Origin: Camelus ferus
Lineage: Eukaryota
Length of the DNA stretch: 64,000 bases
NCBI RefSeq assembly: GCF_009834535.1
Contig: NC_045705.1
Location: 50,468,001-50,532,000, forward strand
Direction: 5' to 3'
The notes under the pieces were generated by a model. The model did no database searches. It saw only the letters and a list, made by a program, of their open reading frames with translations, and was not told the DNA's origin. Shown here one piece after another: positions 24,433 to 36,829 of this stretch; within the stretch, counting starts at the first letter, position 1, and the number at the start of each line of letters is the position of its first letter. Both the position numbers and the translations under genes were made by a program.

Positions 24433-24832
24433 CTACAAAAGCCAATAGAGAAGAATAAATAGGTCTGAGAAAAATGGGGTTGAAATTTAAAATATACTGT
24501 AACAGGCTTTTGCCCTCTCCAGCCCAGCCACTGCTGAACTTCTAGAATAACAATGTCCAAGAGAACTTCTGCAGTGATGGAAATGTTCTATATCTAGGCA
24601 TAAGAGAGCTGCCCTTCCCCACCTCACTCTGCTTATACAAATATATCTTTAACACCACTGGGTTCTCTGTGTGCCTGGGCTAGTGGAATATACAACATTC
24701 AAAATTGATGCGTTTAAAATAGATGTCTATAGAAACTGACACACTATAAACTGACTGTACTCCAACAACAAAAAAGAAAGTGTTCAAGGCAAGAACACAT
24801 TCATCTCAATACCAATCGTCAATAAAACAACT

Positions 24833-24914
24833 ATAAAATAAAATAAAATAATAAAATAAAATAAAATAAAATAAAATAAAATAAAATAAAATAAATAAGA
24901 TAAAATAAAATAAA
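24833..24914. repeat. (AAAAT)n pentanucleotide tract, probably a retroposon tail
   Basis: Read directly; AATAAA at 24821-24826 lies just before it. Confidence 0.92.
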
Positions 24915-24924
24915 GTAGATGTCT

Positions 24925-25225
24925 GTAGAAAACAAACTTCTGGTTACCAGGGCGGGGAAAGGGGTGGGAAGGGATAAACTGGGAGTTCAAGATTTACAGA
25001 TACTAACTACTATATATAAAATAGATAAACACGTTTATTCTGTATATCACAGGGAACTATATTCAATATCTTGTAGTAACCTATAATGAAAAATAATATG
25101 AAAATGAATATATGTATGACTGAAATTTTATGCTGTACACCAGAAATTGACACAACATTGCAAGCTGACTATACTTCTACTAAAAAAGTAAATAACTCTG
25201 AAAAGGTTAAAAAAAAAAAAAAAAG
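24925..25225 (+). mobile_element. Artiodactyl/camelid LINE-1 3' end with poly-A
   Basis: agaaaacaaacttctggttaccaggg...cacagggaactatattcaatatcttgta...ctgactatacttc plus A-tail. Confidence 0.9.
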
Positions 25226-26819
25226 ACTGCATCCCTGTGGGGTGTGGCCCCACACAAGGTGCCTAAGACTGAGGGGGCTATGAGAAGGGGAGGGTGTATG
25301 CAAGGGAGGGGTCCCAGATGTTAAGGATTAAAATTATAAATGTGAGGAGAACCAGCACCCTTATAAGTTGATTTTTTTTTAATTGAAGTGTAGTCTGTTT
25401 ACAATGTTGTATCAATTTCTGGTGTACACAAGCTGAATTTTTTAATCCAGAATAGTATAACTCTCCACTTACTAAAATCTTTAACATGCCTCAAAAAAAT
25501 AATAAAATAGATGTCTAGATCTCATCAGTTCCAGGTTTTAGACACCAGAGAAAGGAGAAGTAGTAATTTGGCCAGCTCCACGTACTGAAAAGTTCAGAAG
25601 ACTCTTCTGATCAGAGAAACAGCAGAGAATAATGTTTGAGCACCAGGCCCAGGACCATGCAAAGCTGGCATCAAATCCCAGCAGAGCTGTGCGAGCTTCA
25701 ATGTGTCCTACAACTTTCCGAACTTCAGTGTCCTCTTCAGAGTGATGAGAATGATTGAATGCCTACCGTGTAGGCATGTAACAAGGAGTAAATGGGATAA
25801 GGCGGGTCAAGTCCTTTGCAGAATACTTGAAAAAGATATGGGATAGATATTCAGTAAACAGCATGATTTTTACTATCACTCACATGATTATTATATTATT
25901 CTTATACAAATTAGCATGATTATAACTATTTACTAAAATCTACTATTTTCCTGCATATGTGTGTATGTTTGTAGCATGTATCATATACATATGTATACAT
26001 CTCACATATACAAAATAAATATGCAAATGGGGCTAGTTTTATTATATTTGCCATCTCTGAGCACATCAATTTTCTGTGTTAGGATGAGGATTAAAACATA
26101 TGAGAGACTTCTTTTTAATGCTGGCAGGAACAAATATGTATTAAAAAACTGTTACAGCTAGCCTGGTGCGTGGGCACCCAGTAACTTTGGTTGAACTGAA
26201 TGTTTGTGCATTAAAAGGACCATCGATTCATGAGCAGGGAGTAGACCTACCAGGCCTGAGCCCGGATACTGCCAGAGGAGTCTGTGTCCATAACAGAGGT
26301 CAGAGACTGTGGCTTAAAAGCAGATGCCTTTCCAGGGCTTTATGGATCCTTGTCATTTTGTCACCCATTCCCCTGAGGGACCATCACTCTCCTGAAGAAA
26401 GCATCCAGTTTTCAGGGTTCAGAACTTCTACAGATCATCGGTGAAAACGTTGATCTCAATGAGGAAATTTGGTTTGTCTAGAATTCTCTGTAGGATCTAG
26501 AATCCTAAAAGATCTTCCTCCTTTCTTTCATCCTTGGAAGGAAATTTTGGCTCTCAGAACTCAAACTTATTCCATTTCGTATCATTTCTATTGCTAGCAG
26601 ATGACTTCCAGATTGACTGCCAACCACTGCAAACAGAGGTTCTAGGCCATTTGGGTGGCGGAACCACTCCTTCAAGCTGCTAGGACCTTTCTGGGAAGGC
26701 TGGTAGGGAGGGGCGTGGTGGTGATCACTGGTAGTTGTTATCCAGAAATTTTCTAACTCAATCTATGTGGAACGTCAGTCATTCATTTAATAAATATCTC
26801 TTGAGCTTCCATTATACTA

Positions 26820-27020
26820 ACCTACATAATAAATGCCAGCATTTATTGAGTACTAGGTGCCAGACACTGTACTGATTACTTCACATGTATCATTTATTCT
26901 TCAAACTACACTTACATTACAAATAAGGAAATCAGAACTCAGAGAAATTAAATCACTCGCCCAAGATGACACAGTCAGTAATCGGCAGAGCCGGCAGGGA
27001 AGCCCCAGTAACCTGAATCC
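26820..27020 (-). mobile_element. MIR SINE
   Basis: catttattgagtactaggtgccagacactg...ggaaatcagaactcagagaaattaaatcactcgcccaagatgacacag. Confidence 0.8.
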
Positions 27021-28090
27021 AGCATCCACACTTCCATCCAATTTATCCCACCTTCCCTGTGCCAGATACTGTGCAGGCACAGTAAGGGCCTCTGCTTTAT
27101 AAAAAAAATATCAGCGTTTTCCCCTAAATTAAGACCATTCAAACAATTTCCTTGAGGGATGCTTCGATGCCATCTCAGCACTTCCCAGGAGCAAAGCTGG
27201 CACTTCCCCAACTGCTTTATCAAGAGTCAGCAAAACAGAACCTAGAGGAGGAAAGAAAGTCCTTTCCTGCCTTTTCTTAAAAGATGTTGACATAGAAAAA
27301 AGAAGGGTGATTGATGAAAAAATGCTCATATAGCCTTCTGATGCACCGGGCACAGTTCTCACATCCTCAGGGATGGTCATGACAATACAGAGAGGAAAGA
27401 GGCTGAGGGCTAAGGAAGAAAAAGGACAGAAAAGGGGGGAAACCTGGCAGGACAAAAGACAAGCTGCCTGTCCCATCCCTCAGATCCAGCTGCTAATAAG
27501 AAGCGGTGTAGAGCAGAGGTAAGAGGCGAGAGTGCATATCCCATCTCCCGTTTCTTGTGCAAAGATTCGTTTGAGCTGATGCAGGCTCTGTGACACATGG
27601 CTGAGGACACACCTTGGATGGGATAGAAGAGATAAAGAAACCAGAGAGGAAAAAACTCCCCTTGTTCCTTCAGTGTGAGTCCCTGGGAAGTCATAAAGAA
27701 GGGAGCTTTTGCCAGCTTCTCTTCCTACAGAGTGGGCCGTATCAGAAGCCAGGTGAAGTGGGCAGGCTCTCCCACGCTGCAAGCTTATGTGATGACTGAC
27801 TCTGTCCTGGGCCAGCAGGAGGACAAGGAGTGGTCTGTGAGGCTTGCCCTCAATATCGTGGTCTTGCTACTTCCATGTGTTTGGGGCCACTCCATTCTTT
27901 TAGTCTCCACAAGTGTCAGGATGGGGGCCTCTTCCTCATCTGAATACAGAATTAACTCAGGGTCACTCAAGGGGATGAGAGGGTGTGTAAGGAGACCCCC
28001 AGCAATCAACACGATACGTAGAATTCATTTGTGGTGAGTGCAGAGCTAATCAGAGACGCACACAGTTAGAAACTAGAACTCTCTACGTAT

Positions 28091-28138
<48 letters not shown>
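28091..28138. repeat. Compound microsatellite (TC)12(AC)12
   Basis: Read directly from the sequence. Confidence 0.97.
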
Positions 28139-29081
28139 CCATGTCCCAGCTCCCTCCTGACTTGCTCCAAGCTGGGCCACTGGGACCTGGAACCCCTGAG
28201 TGACTTGAGATGATGCCAAAGCTCCTAGTGCCAGATATGGAAAAGTTGAGTTTAAGTAAATAAATTTGGTCCTCTCTCTTTCTCCTCAGATCCTCACTGC
28301 TCCAAAAAATAAACACTGCCAGAGCAGTGAACTGCTTCTCTGTCTGCTGGGGAAGCACATTAGGTCCAGCCATTCAGCCCTTCCAGCCCCAGTGGATAAA
28401 GAAAACAATGGCAAGGTTTGGTCATGGGATGCGTGTCTCCGTATACGTGACATACGGACACATTTAAAGACATGTAACGACGTTTGTGTTTTCTAATCCA
28501 CGGATATGGGATGTGTTTAAAGGGCTCTCTAGAAATTAATGTTCATTAAACAAAGAGAAGTGACATTCCCCCCGTTGGCTCATGGTTAGTCAGTGGGGAT
28601 CCTTGGAGCAAACAGGTCTAGATGCAATTGCATGGTTCATTTCGTATATCTGATTAGAATAAACATAACATTTTCCATGCAATCTGCCTCTAGTGCTTCT
28701 TAAATGAAGCTGTGCTTCCCCCAGGGAAATACACATCTGCTTGTTGTAATTTTTTCGATGGTTTGCTTGTTGGATCACATATTAAACCCACTTTAAGAGC
28801 TGCAGTCACCAAATGGTTTCAAGTAAATATGTCTGGTTTCTTCCCCCTTCCCATTTTACATCTCTGAGAAAGGCAAGCTTCAAAAAGTTTAAATATATAT
28901 CCATATATATAAAGACAATTCTTAGGGTGTTCCAGGTAAAAGGAAAGGTTGCTGTCAGATGCAATGAAACGTGATCCTCCCAATGAAACTGCCGCAGCTG
29001 GAGCCCACATTGGGTCTGAGATGTGGATGGTAAACGGCCCCCGCAAGCCAAGGGCCCCTTTGGTTTGCCAAGTGTTGTTAC

Positions 29082-29197
29082 CTTTGACCGCAAGGAAGGC
29101 TGGGGATCAAATTCTTCATCTGCAGAGGAGGTGGTGGTGGAAGAGGCAGAAGAGGCAGCCCCTGTCACCTGCATGCTGGTGGGGATGTGCTTGGGAC
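29082..29197 (-). CDS. MICAL2: MICAL2/MICALCL exon (116 nt, phase 1 to 0): (S)PKHIPTSMQVTGAASSASSTTTSSADEEFDPQPSLRSK
   Basis: Acceptor ttctgttcccatttcag|GT, donor AAG|gtaaca; aligns to human DSKNFPLRAQVTEASSSASSTSSSSADEEFDPQLSLQLK. Confidence 0.93.
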
Positions 29198-30624
29198 CTG
29201 AAATGGGAACAGAAGAGCTCACTAAACTCTTGGCTTCTTCTCCTACTTCATGACCCAAAGCTGCCTCTCCCTCCTCCCTGCTGTCCCCATTCTCTCCCTC
29301 TTGGCCTTCCCCTTACTGCACCTGCCTCGAGCATGAGGAAGCAGTACCTAAGGGCAACTGAAAATTTGGCCCTCCATGTTAATTACATTTCTGGGTCCCT
29401 GCCAAGAGCTTTGTAGCTCTCTTTTCATGTTGGGGGAAAAAAAGGTATTATGCAGAAATCAATTAATTCCTTAAACACCATTTATATGGTGTGTTGCTTA
29501 GAATGCATTCNNNNNNNNNNNNNNNNNNNNNNNNNNNNNNNNNNNNNNNNNNNNNNNNNNNNNNNNNNNNNNNNNNNNNNNNNNNNNNNNNNNNNNNNNN
29601 NNNNNNNNNNNNNNNNNNNNNNNNNNNNNNNNNNNNNNNNNNNNNNNNNNNNNNNNNNNNNNNNNNNNNNNNNNNNNNNNNNNNNNNNNNNNNNNNNNNN
29701 NNNNNNNNNNNNNNNNNNNNNNNNNNNNNNNNNNNNNNNNNNNNNNNNNNNNNNNNNNNNNNNNNNNNNNNNNNNNNNNNNNNNNNNNNNNNNNNNNNNN
29801 NNNNNNNNNNNNNNNNNNNNNNNNNNNNNNNNNNNNNNNNNNNNNNNNACTTGCAGATATTATCACATCATCGAAGTGTTGATTCAAATGCCAGGAAAGG
29901 AGGTTTAATATAGGGAGGGCTCCACAATTCAGGGCCCACGGGAGAGTGAAGTCGAGGGGAGATGCCAACCCTTGAACAAGAGGTAGATGGTCAGAGGCAG
30001 CAAAGTGCCCCTGCTCGCTTGGATCTCTTTGTGATCAGGCTGGGGACCACGTGTGATAAAGTCTTCCAGGTGCCACAGGAGACTTTTATTCTTCTCAGCA
30101 AGAACATCTGCCCCTACACATCAACCTGATGCAGAGTTAATGATTAATATCTGGATTAACCCTCCCTGAACACTGAATATCAGAACCATCCAGGGCTCCG
30201 TGATAGGAAATTTTCTAATCTTTACTCTGCCGTGGCAGCTTCTATCTGAAGAGAAATATATGCTGGGTGGGGAGGAAGGAGGAGAAACAATTCCAAGCTG
30301 ACTAACCTTCTCTCCAGCCTGCCTTTTCTTCCCCATAATTTTTGACTATTCACCCTGGTGGGAGAGGCCAAGTTTTAAAAAATAGGGGTAATTTTAACCT
30401 CCAGGAGCACATTTACATATGCTGTTATTCGAAGCAAAATAATGCAAAACATCTATATAATAACACAGCCTCTCTGGGGAGGGAGTTAACTGTTTTCCAC
30501 TTTAATTTGCCAGATGGGAAAGCTCAGGTGAAAATAGAATCAGGGAGCAGCATAATAATGGATGGAGGCATTGTTAGCGGGGAGCTGAGATTGTTTCCCA
30601 GCTCCAGCCACTAAATTACCACTG

Positions 30625-30800
30625 AGTGCTCCAGTCACTGAGTATTCACTTCTTAGTGTGTAAGCTTGAGGAACTAACTTTACCTCCTGAGCTTCTGGAG
30701 ATCATGATTTCTGACCTGCAGAACTGCTGTGGAAGAGTAAAGATAATCAATGTAAAGAGCCTAACACAGTGCCTGGCTCCTTGCAGGTGCTTAGACAAAA
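30625..30800 (+). mobile_element. MIR SINE
   Basis: tgtaaagagcctaacacagtgcctggctccttgcaggtgcttagacaa, with an upstream MIR core. Confidence 0.7.
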
Positions 30801-32965
30801 GTCGTCATCGTCAGCATCATCAGCTGCTTCTCCCTGACGATGAAGCAGCAGCCGTTGCTTCATCATCATCACTGATGCATATTAACAATATGTGATATTA
30901 ATAAGGCTGCCTAATTAACTCTCATTTTATGGAGGAAGTATAATAGCCTACATTTGAAACTTTTTCTGTCAAAAATAAATCGAAAATTTCCATTGAATTA
31001 TATTTTGAAATTGAGGAGACAGTGTTTTCAAATATAACGCATTCCTTAAACTTCTGCCAAAGTTACGCAGAGTTAAATAGTTACCCCTGAATCTCTTCCC
31101 ATTTACTCTCTTCCATCATAGAACCATTCATTCTAGTTTACTTTTTATTTGCAAGTTTAAAAAACTTGGCAGCACTGTTTCACTCGGGCTATAATGGATT
31201 GACTGATTCTGGGATTGATCTCCCACCACAAAGCCCTAGAAGTCAGGGCAGATATATATATGAAGCAGGTGTTTCCAGACATTGGACAAGAGGCAGTGCA
31301 GAACTGTGAAAAAGGCGGGAGCAGAAGCAAATGAGGTAAGCCCTGTGGTCACAGTAACTTTCTGCCTACAGGCACTTTCCACACCACAGTGCAGGTAGGA
31401 GGAAGCGAAACAGAGCATAGCCGATTCAGTGAGTTGGAAAGACAGAAATCAACGTCTGAGTGGACTGAGGCCATTGGAAGATACGAGGAAGAATACTTGG
31501 GAGGAGAGAGCTATGCAGAAAAAGGACTTCAGAAATAAGCATAGAAGTCAACTTGAATCTATTGCTTAATAGTAAACTATAGACACATAGAGAGAAACTG
31601 CATGAGGTTGGGCAGATAATGTCTGGCAAGTTACAGGGTAAATAATCTCTAAAGCTTTTATAAGACTGGGAAATGTTCAAGCTTTCCCCAACTAGGGTAG
31701 AGCAAACATTGGAGGCATTAGAGTGGAGACCATAGAAGAGCTTCACATTAGTAATAGGGACAAATTAGCTCTAGAAAAGAGGTTATTACAGACTCACCTG
31801 AATAAGCTTAAAAACAAGCCTTGAAAGAAACAAATTGATCTGCAAGTCAATTGACTGCCTGCCAAACATTCTTTAATGTCTATTTAATGTTTTTAAAATA
31901 AAGAAACAAAATCTGGATACTCTACAATGTGATATTCACAAAATCTAGCAGCCAGTAAACAATCACTAGATACACAAAAATGCAGGACAAGTCTGATAAT
32001 CAAGAGACAAATCAGTCAATAAAAGCAGACTCAGAAATGATGAAATTAGCAGACAAGGCTCTTAAAAGGGCAATTTAAATGTGCTCAAGAATTTAAAAAG
32101 ACAATATGAACAGAATGAGGACAGAAGCAAAAAAAAAAAAAAAAAAAAAAATTTTAAAAAGCACCCAATAGAACCTGTAAGGATGAAAAATACAAAATCT
32201 GAAATAAAAGTTTCATTGCATCAGTTTAACAATAGCTTACATACTGCAGAGGAAAATACTGAGTGAAATTAAATAATAGTGATAAAAAACTATCCAAAAT
32301 GAAGCACAGAGGAAAAAAGACTAATACAATGAATAGAAACTCAGTGACCCATGGGATAATATCAATGGTCTAAAATACATGTGATTGCAGTGCCAGGAGC
32401 TAGAGGGAGACAGGAACAGAAAAAGTAGCCAACATAATGTTGCTGAAATCATGCAAATTTAATGAAAAGTATAAATCCACAGTTTCAAGTAGCTCAAAAA
32501 ATCACAAGCAGGTTAAACACAAAGAAAATCATAGCAAAGCTCATGAGAATAAAATTGCCAAAACCCAGATAGAAATAAAATCTTAAAAGCAGACAAAGAA
32601 AAATGATACACTGCATATAGAGAAACAAAGATAAGAATGTCCACGGGCACCTCATCAGAACATAAATAAGCCAAGAAACAACAGAACATCATTAAAATGC
32701 TGAAAGAAAAACAACAACAACAAAAATCTGTCAATTTATGATTCCATGTCCAGTGAAATGATCCATTCAAAATGAAGCAAAAAAAAAAAAAAGCTTTTAT
32801 TTTAAGAAAAAAAAAGCTAGGATAATTTGTTAGCCAACATGCATACAGAAAATGTTAAAAGAAGTTTTGCAGCAGAAGGAATATACCAGATGGAATTGAA
32901 GAGACGGTAAATCTAAAACAATTTTTCTTTGTAGTTTCAAACTTTTTAAAAAGCCAATTGACTAA

Positions 32966-34145
32966 TGTAAGCTAGTGTAAAATAATAAGAAATATATCTA
33001 TAGATCTTCCTCAATTTACAATGGGGTCACATCNNNNNNNNNNNNNNNNNNNNNNNNNNNNNNNNNNNNNNNNNNNNNNNNNNNNNNNNNNNNNNNNNNN
33101 NNNNNNNNNNNNNNNNNNNNNNNNNNNNNNNNNNNNNNNNNNNNNNNNNNNNNNNNNNNNNNNNNNNNNNNNNNNNNNNNNNNNNNNNNNNNNNNNNNNN
33201 NNNNNNNNNNNNNNNNNNNNNNNNTTATTGAATTGTACACTGAAAGTGAAAAATAGAATGGTTGCCTGGGTACAGAATGGTTGTAAATGTATCAGTTATT
33301 CACCCTCATAATCACGTGGCTCATTGGAAGCTGTGGCCTGCTAGAGAGTATGGTACCACATATCACTAACCTGGGAAAAGATCAAAATTCAAAATATGAA
33401 GTATGGTTTCTACAGAATGCATATTGCCTTTGCACCATCATAAAGTCAAAAAATTGTAAATTGAACCATTGTAAGTCAGGGACTGTCTGCAGTTGGTCTC
33501 TATTCCCAGCTTCGGCTAATATTTGGTCTTTGACCCTAATTCCTGACACAGAGCACAGAGCTCCTAAAACCCTTACAATTTTTTCTGAGTGAAAGGAGTG
33601 TCTGACACAGAGCTCCCAAATCCCTTGGAATTTCCTGAGTGAGAGGAGTGTCTTTTGTTCTAATGAGGTGACTCTTGGTGGGCTTATGGATGGAGGCTGG
33701 TCACTAGGAAGACCAACTTATGATTAGAAGCTCGGAATTTTCAGCCCTATCCCCCCCCCCCCCCCCATCGTCTGAAGAAGGTAGAAGGGCTAGAAAATGA
33801 GTTAAAATTTTTTCATGTCTACATGATGAAACCTCCATAAAAATCCCTAATGCACAGTGTTTGGAAAGCTTCCAAATCTGTGAACACATCCATGTGCTGG
33901 GAGGGTGGTGATCCCAGCTCTATGGGGACAGAAGCTCCTATGCTTGGGACACTTCCAGACTTCACTCTATATATTTCTTCATCAGGCTGTTCATCTATAT
34001 CCTTTATCATATCCTTTACAATAAACTAATATGTGTAAGTGTTTCTCAGAGTCCTATACCATTCTAGTAAATTATTAAACCCAAGGAAGGAATTGTGGGA
34101 ACCCCTACTTATAACTGGTTAGTCAGAAGTACAAGTGACAACCTG
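32966..34145 (+). mobile_element. MER21-family LTR (3'-truncated), split by a Tigger insertion
   Basis: taataagaaatatat...ttggtct...gacacagagctcccaaatcccttggaatttcctgagtg...ttctaatgaggtgactcttggtggg matches recalled MER21B/C. Confidence 0.75.
33001..33489 (+). mobile_element. TcMar-Tigger non-autonomous element (Tigger7-like), partly N-masked
   Basis: Termini agatcttcctcaatttacaatgggg and ccattgtaagtcagggactgtctg are imperfect inverted repeats; internal actgaaagtgaaaaatagaatggttg. Confidence 0.8.
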
Positions 34146-35501
34146 TAAGGATATAGAAGTTTTGAGCAAACACTACTAACACATTAGACCTAATTGACTG
34201 ATGTATAACAACAACCCCAATAACTAGAGAATATACGTTATTTTCCAGAGTACTTGGAACATTTACTGAATTGGTGATATGTCAAGCCATAAAGCAAGTA
34301 TCAATACATTTCAAAGGACTGAAGTCATACATAGTATGTCTTCTGACAACAGTAAGATTAAGCTAGAAATCAGTAATAAAAAATAGAAATTGAAAATCTC
34401 AAAATAATTAGAACTTAAGCAATACTTTTTAACAATCTATAGATCAAAGAAATAAAAATAAATTTAAATTGATTGATGACCAAAATACGGCATAATAAAA
34501 GGACTTGAATGCAGCTAAAGCAATGATTAGAGGGATGTATAAACCTTTAAATGTACACATTATGCAAATGAAAAGTTGAGATTAATGCTCTAGGATCCAC
34601 TTCAAGAAATTAGAAAAAGAACCACCAAATGATCTAATGAAACAAAAAGGAAGAAAATAATTAAGATTAGAACAAATTATGAAAGACAAAGATGAAGAAA
34701 TAAAATAGAAAATTAACAAAACAAAATCTTCTTTAAAAAGACAAATAAAATTGATGATTCCCCATGAAGAATGACTAAGAAAAAAGGGACAGAAACCACA
34801 AATTACTAATATTGGGGATAAGAAGTCCTACAAAGGATTAAAGGAAGCTATTACATAAACCATTTTATGACCATAAATTAGAAACTTTAGATAAAATGGA
34901 CAAATTTATTGAAAACATGACTTACCAAAATTGAAACAAGAAATAGAAAAGTCAGAATAGTTACATATCTATTAAAGCAACTGAATCCATGACTAAAAAT
35001 TATCCTACAAAAAATTTTCTACATTAGATGACTTTGTGCCCAAACGTTAAAAAAAAAAAAAAGAAAGAAAGAACAGCAATATTTTAAAGAACAATTCCAG
35101 AGATTAAAGAAAAAGATGGAACACTTCCCAACTTGTGTACAAGGCTAGCATTACTTTAATACCAAAACCTGACAAGGATATTGCAAGAAAAGAAATTTTC
35201 AGATCAATTACTCTCATAGGTATAAAACTACTAAAAGTGATTAGCAAATCCAATACAGTATTACATAAAAAGCTAACACATTATAACCAAGTTGGATTTC
35301 CTCCAGGAACACAATAATAGTTCAACATTTTCTAATTTATATAAAAATTCAATCAATGCAATTCAGCACATCACTGAAGTAAAAATATGGTATCAGTGGA
35401 TGTAGAAAGTCTTTGAATAAATTTATCATTATTCATGATAAAAACTCATAGTAAGCTAGGAATAAAAGGGAACTTCCTTAAACTAATAAAGAGTACCTAC
35501 A

Positions 35502-36829
35502 TGTCTCTTAAACAGACACATAGATCAATGGAACACAGTGTCCATAAATAAACCCATATATATTTGGACAATTAATTTACGATAAAAGAGCAAAGAACAT
35601 ACAATGGAGAAAAGATAGTCTTTTCAATAGTGTTGGAAACTGGACAGTCACATGCAAAAGGATCAAACCGGANNNNNNNNNNNNNNNNNNNNNNNNNNNN
35701 NNNNNNNNNNNNNNNNNNNNNNNNNNNNNNNNNNNNNNNNNNNNNNNNNNNNNNNNNNNNNNNNNNNNNNNNNNNNNNNNNNNNNNNNNNNNNNNNNNNN
35801 NNNNNNNNNNNNNGTCTCCTCAGGCAAGGGAAACAAAAGCAAAAATAAACAAATGGGACTGTATCAAACTAAAAAGCTTCTGCACAACATAGGAAACCAT
35901 CAACAAAACAAAAAAACCTACTGAATGAGAGAAGATATTTGCAAGTCACATATCTGATAAGAGTTTAATACCCAAAACATATAAAGAACTCATACAAGAG
36001 AAGCTGAATAGACACTTTTCCAAAGAAGACATACAGATGGCCAATAGGCAAATGAAAAGATGTTCAACATCACTAATTATCAGGGGAATGCAAATGAAAA
36101 CCATGACGAGATATTACATCACACCCATTGGAATGGCTATTATCNNNNNNNNNNNNNNNNNNNNNNNNNNNNNNNNNNNNNNNNNNNNNNNNNNNNNNNN
36201 NNNNNNNNNNNNNNNNNNNNNNNNNNNNNNNNNNNNNNNNNNNNNNNNNNNNNNNNNNNNNNNNNNNNNNNNNNNNNNNNNNNNNNNNNNNNNNNNNNNN
36301 NNNNNNNGTATTTATCTGAAGAAAACAAAAACTAACTTGAAAAGATATATGCACCCCTATGTTCATCACAATATTATTTACAATAACCAAGATATGGAAA
36401 CAACCTAACTGCCTATCAAGGGATGAACGGATAAAGAAGATATGAAATATATATATATGATGGAACACTCCTCAGCCATATAAAAGGATGAAATCTTGCT
36501 GTTTGTGACAGCATGGATGGATCTTGAGGTATTATGCTGAGTGAAATGAGTGAGATAGAAAAAGACAAATACCGTATGATTTTACTCATATGTGGAATAT
36601 AAAAATAAATAAACGAAAAACTGAAACCAAAAATAACATATAGATACAGAAAACAGAGTAGTAGCTACCAGAGGGGAAGGGGGTAGGACGAGGGCAAAAC
36701 TGGTAAAGGGGATCAACTGTATGGCAATGGATGGAAACTAAACTTTTGGTGGTAAGCACAATGTAGTGCATACAGACATCAAAACATTGCACACATAAAA
36801 CTAAATAATGTTATAAACCAATAAAAAAG
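35502..36829 (+). mobile_element. Younger 5'-truncated LINE-1 nested in old L1 ORF2, with a 13-bp target-site duplication
   Basis: ORF2 C-terminal peptide [30 protein letters not shown]; TSD aagagtacctaca at 35489-35501 and 36830-36842. Confidence 0.9.

Noticed and set aside
28434-28462. Hairpin with an 11-bp stem (one mismatch) and 7-nt loop
   Set aside because: Too short for a pre-miRNA or structured RNA; several such are expected by chance.
29168-29171. Alternative acceptor catgcag|GTG inside the 116-nt exon
   Set aside because: Phase 0 after a phase-1 donor would frameshift, and the polypyrimidine tract is poor; the 29197 acceptor restores the human alignment length.
35135-36408. Reverse transcriptase/ORF2-like peptides as an active gene
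   Set aside because: Short, frameshifted LINE-1 remnants with no intact ORF.
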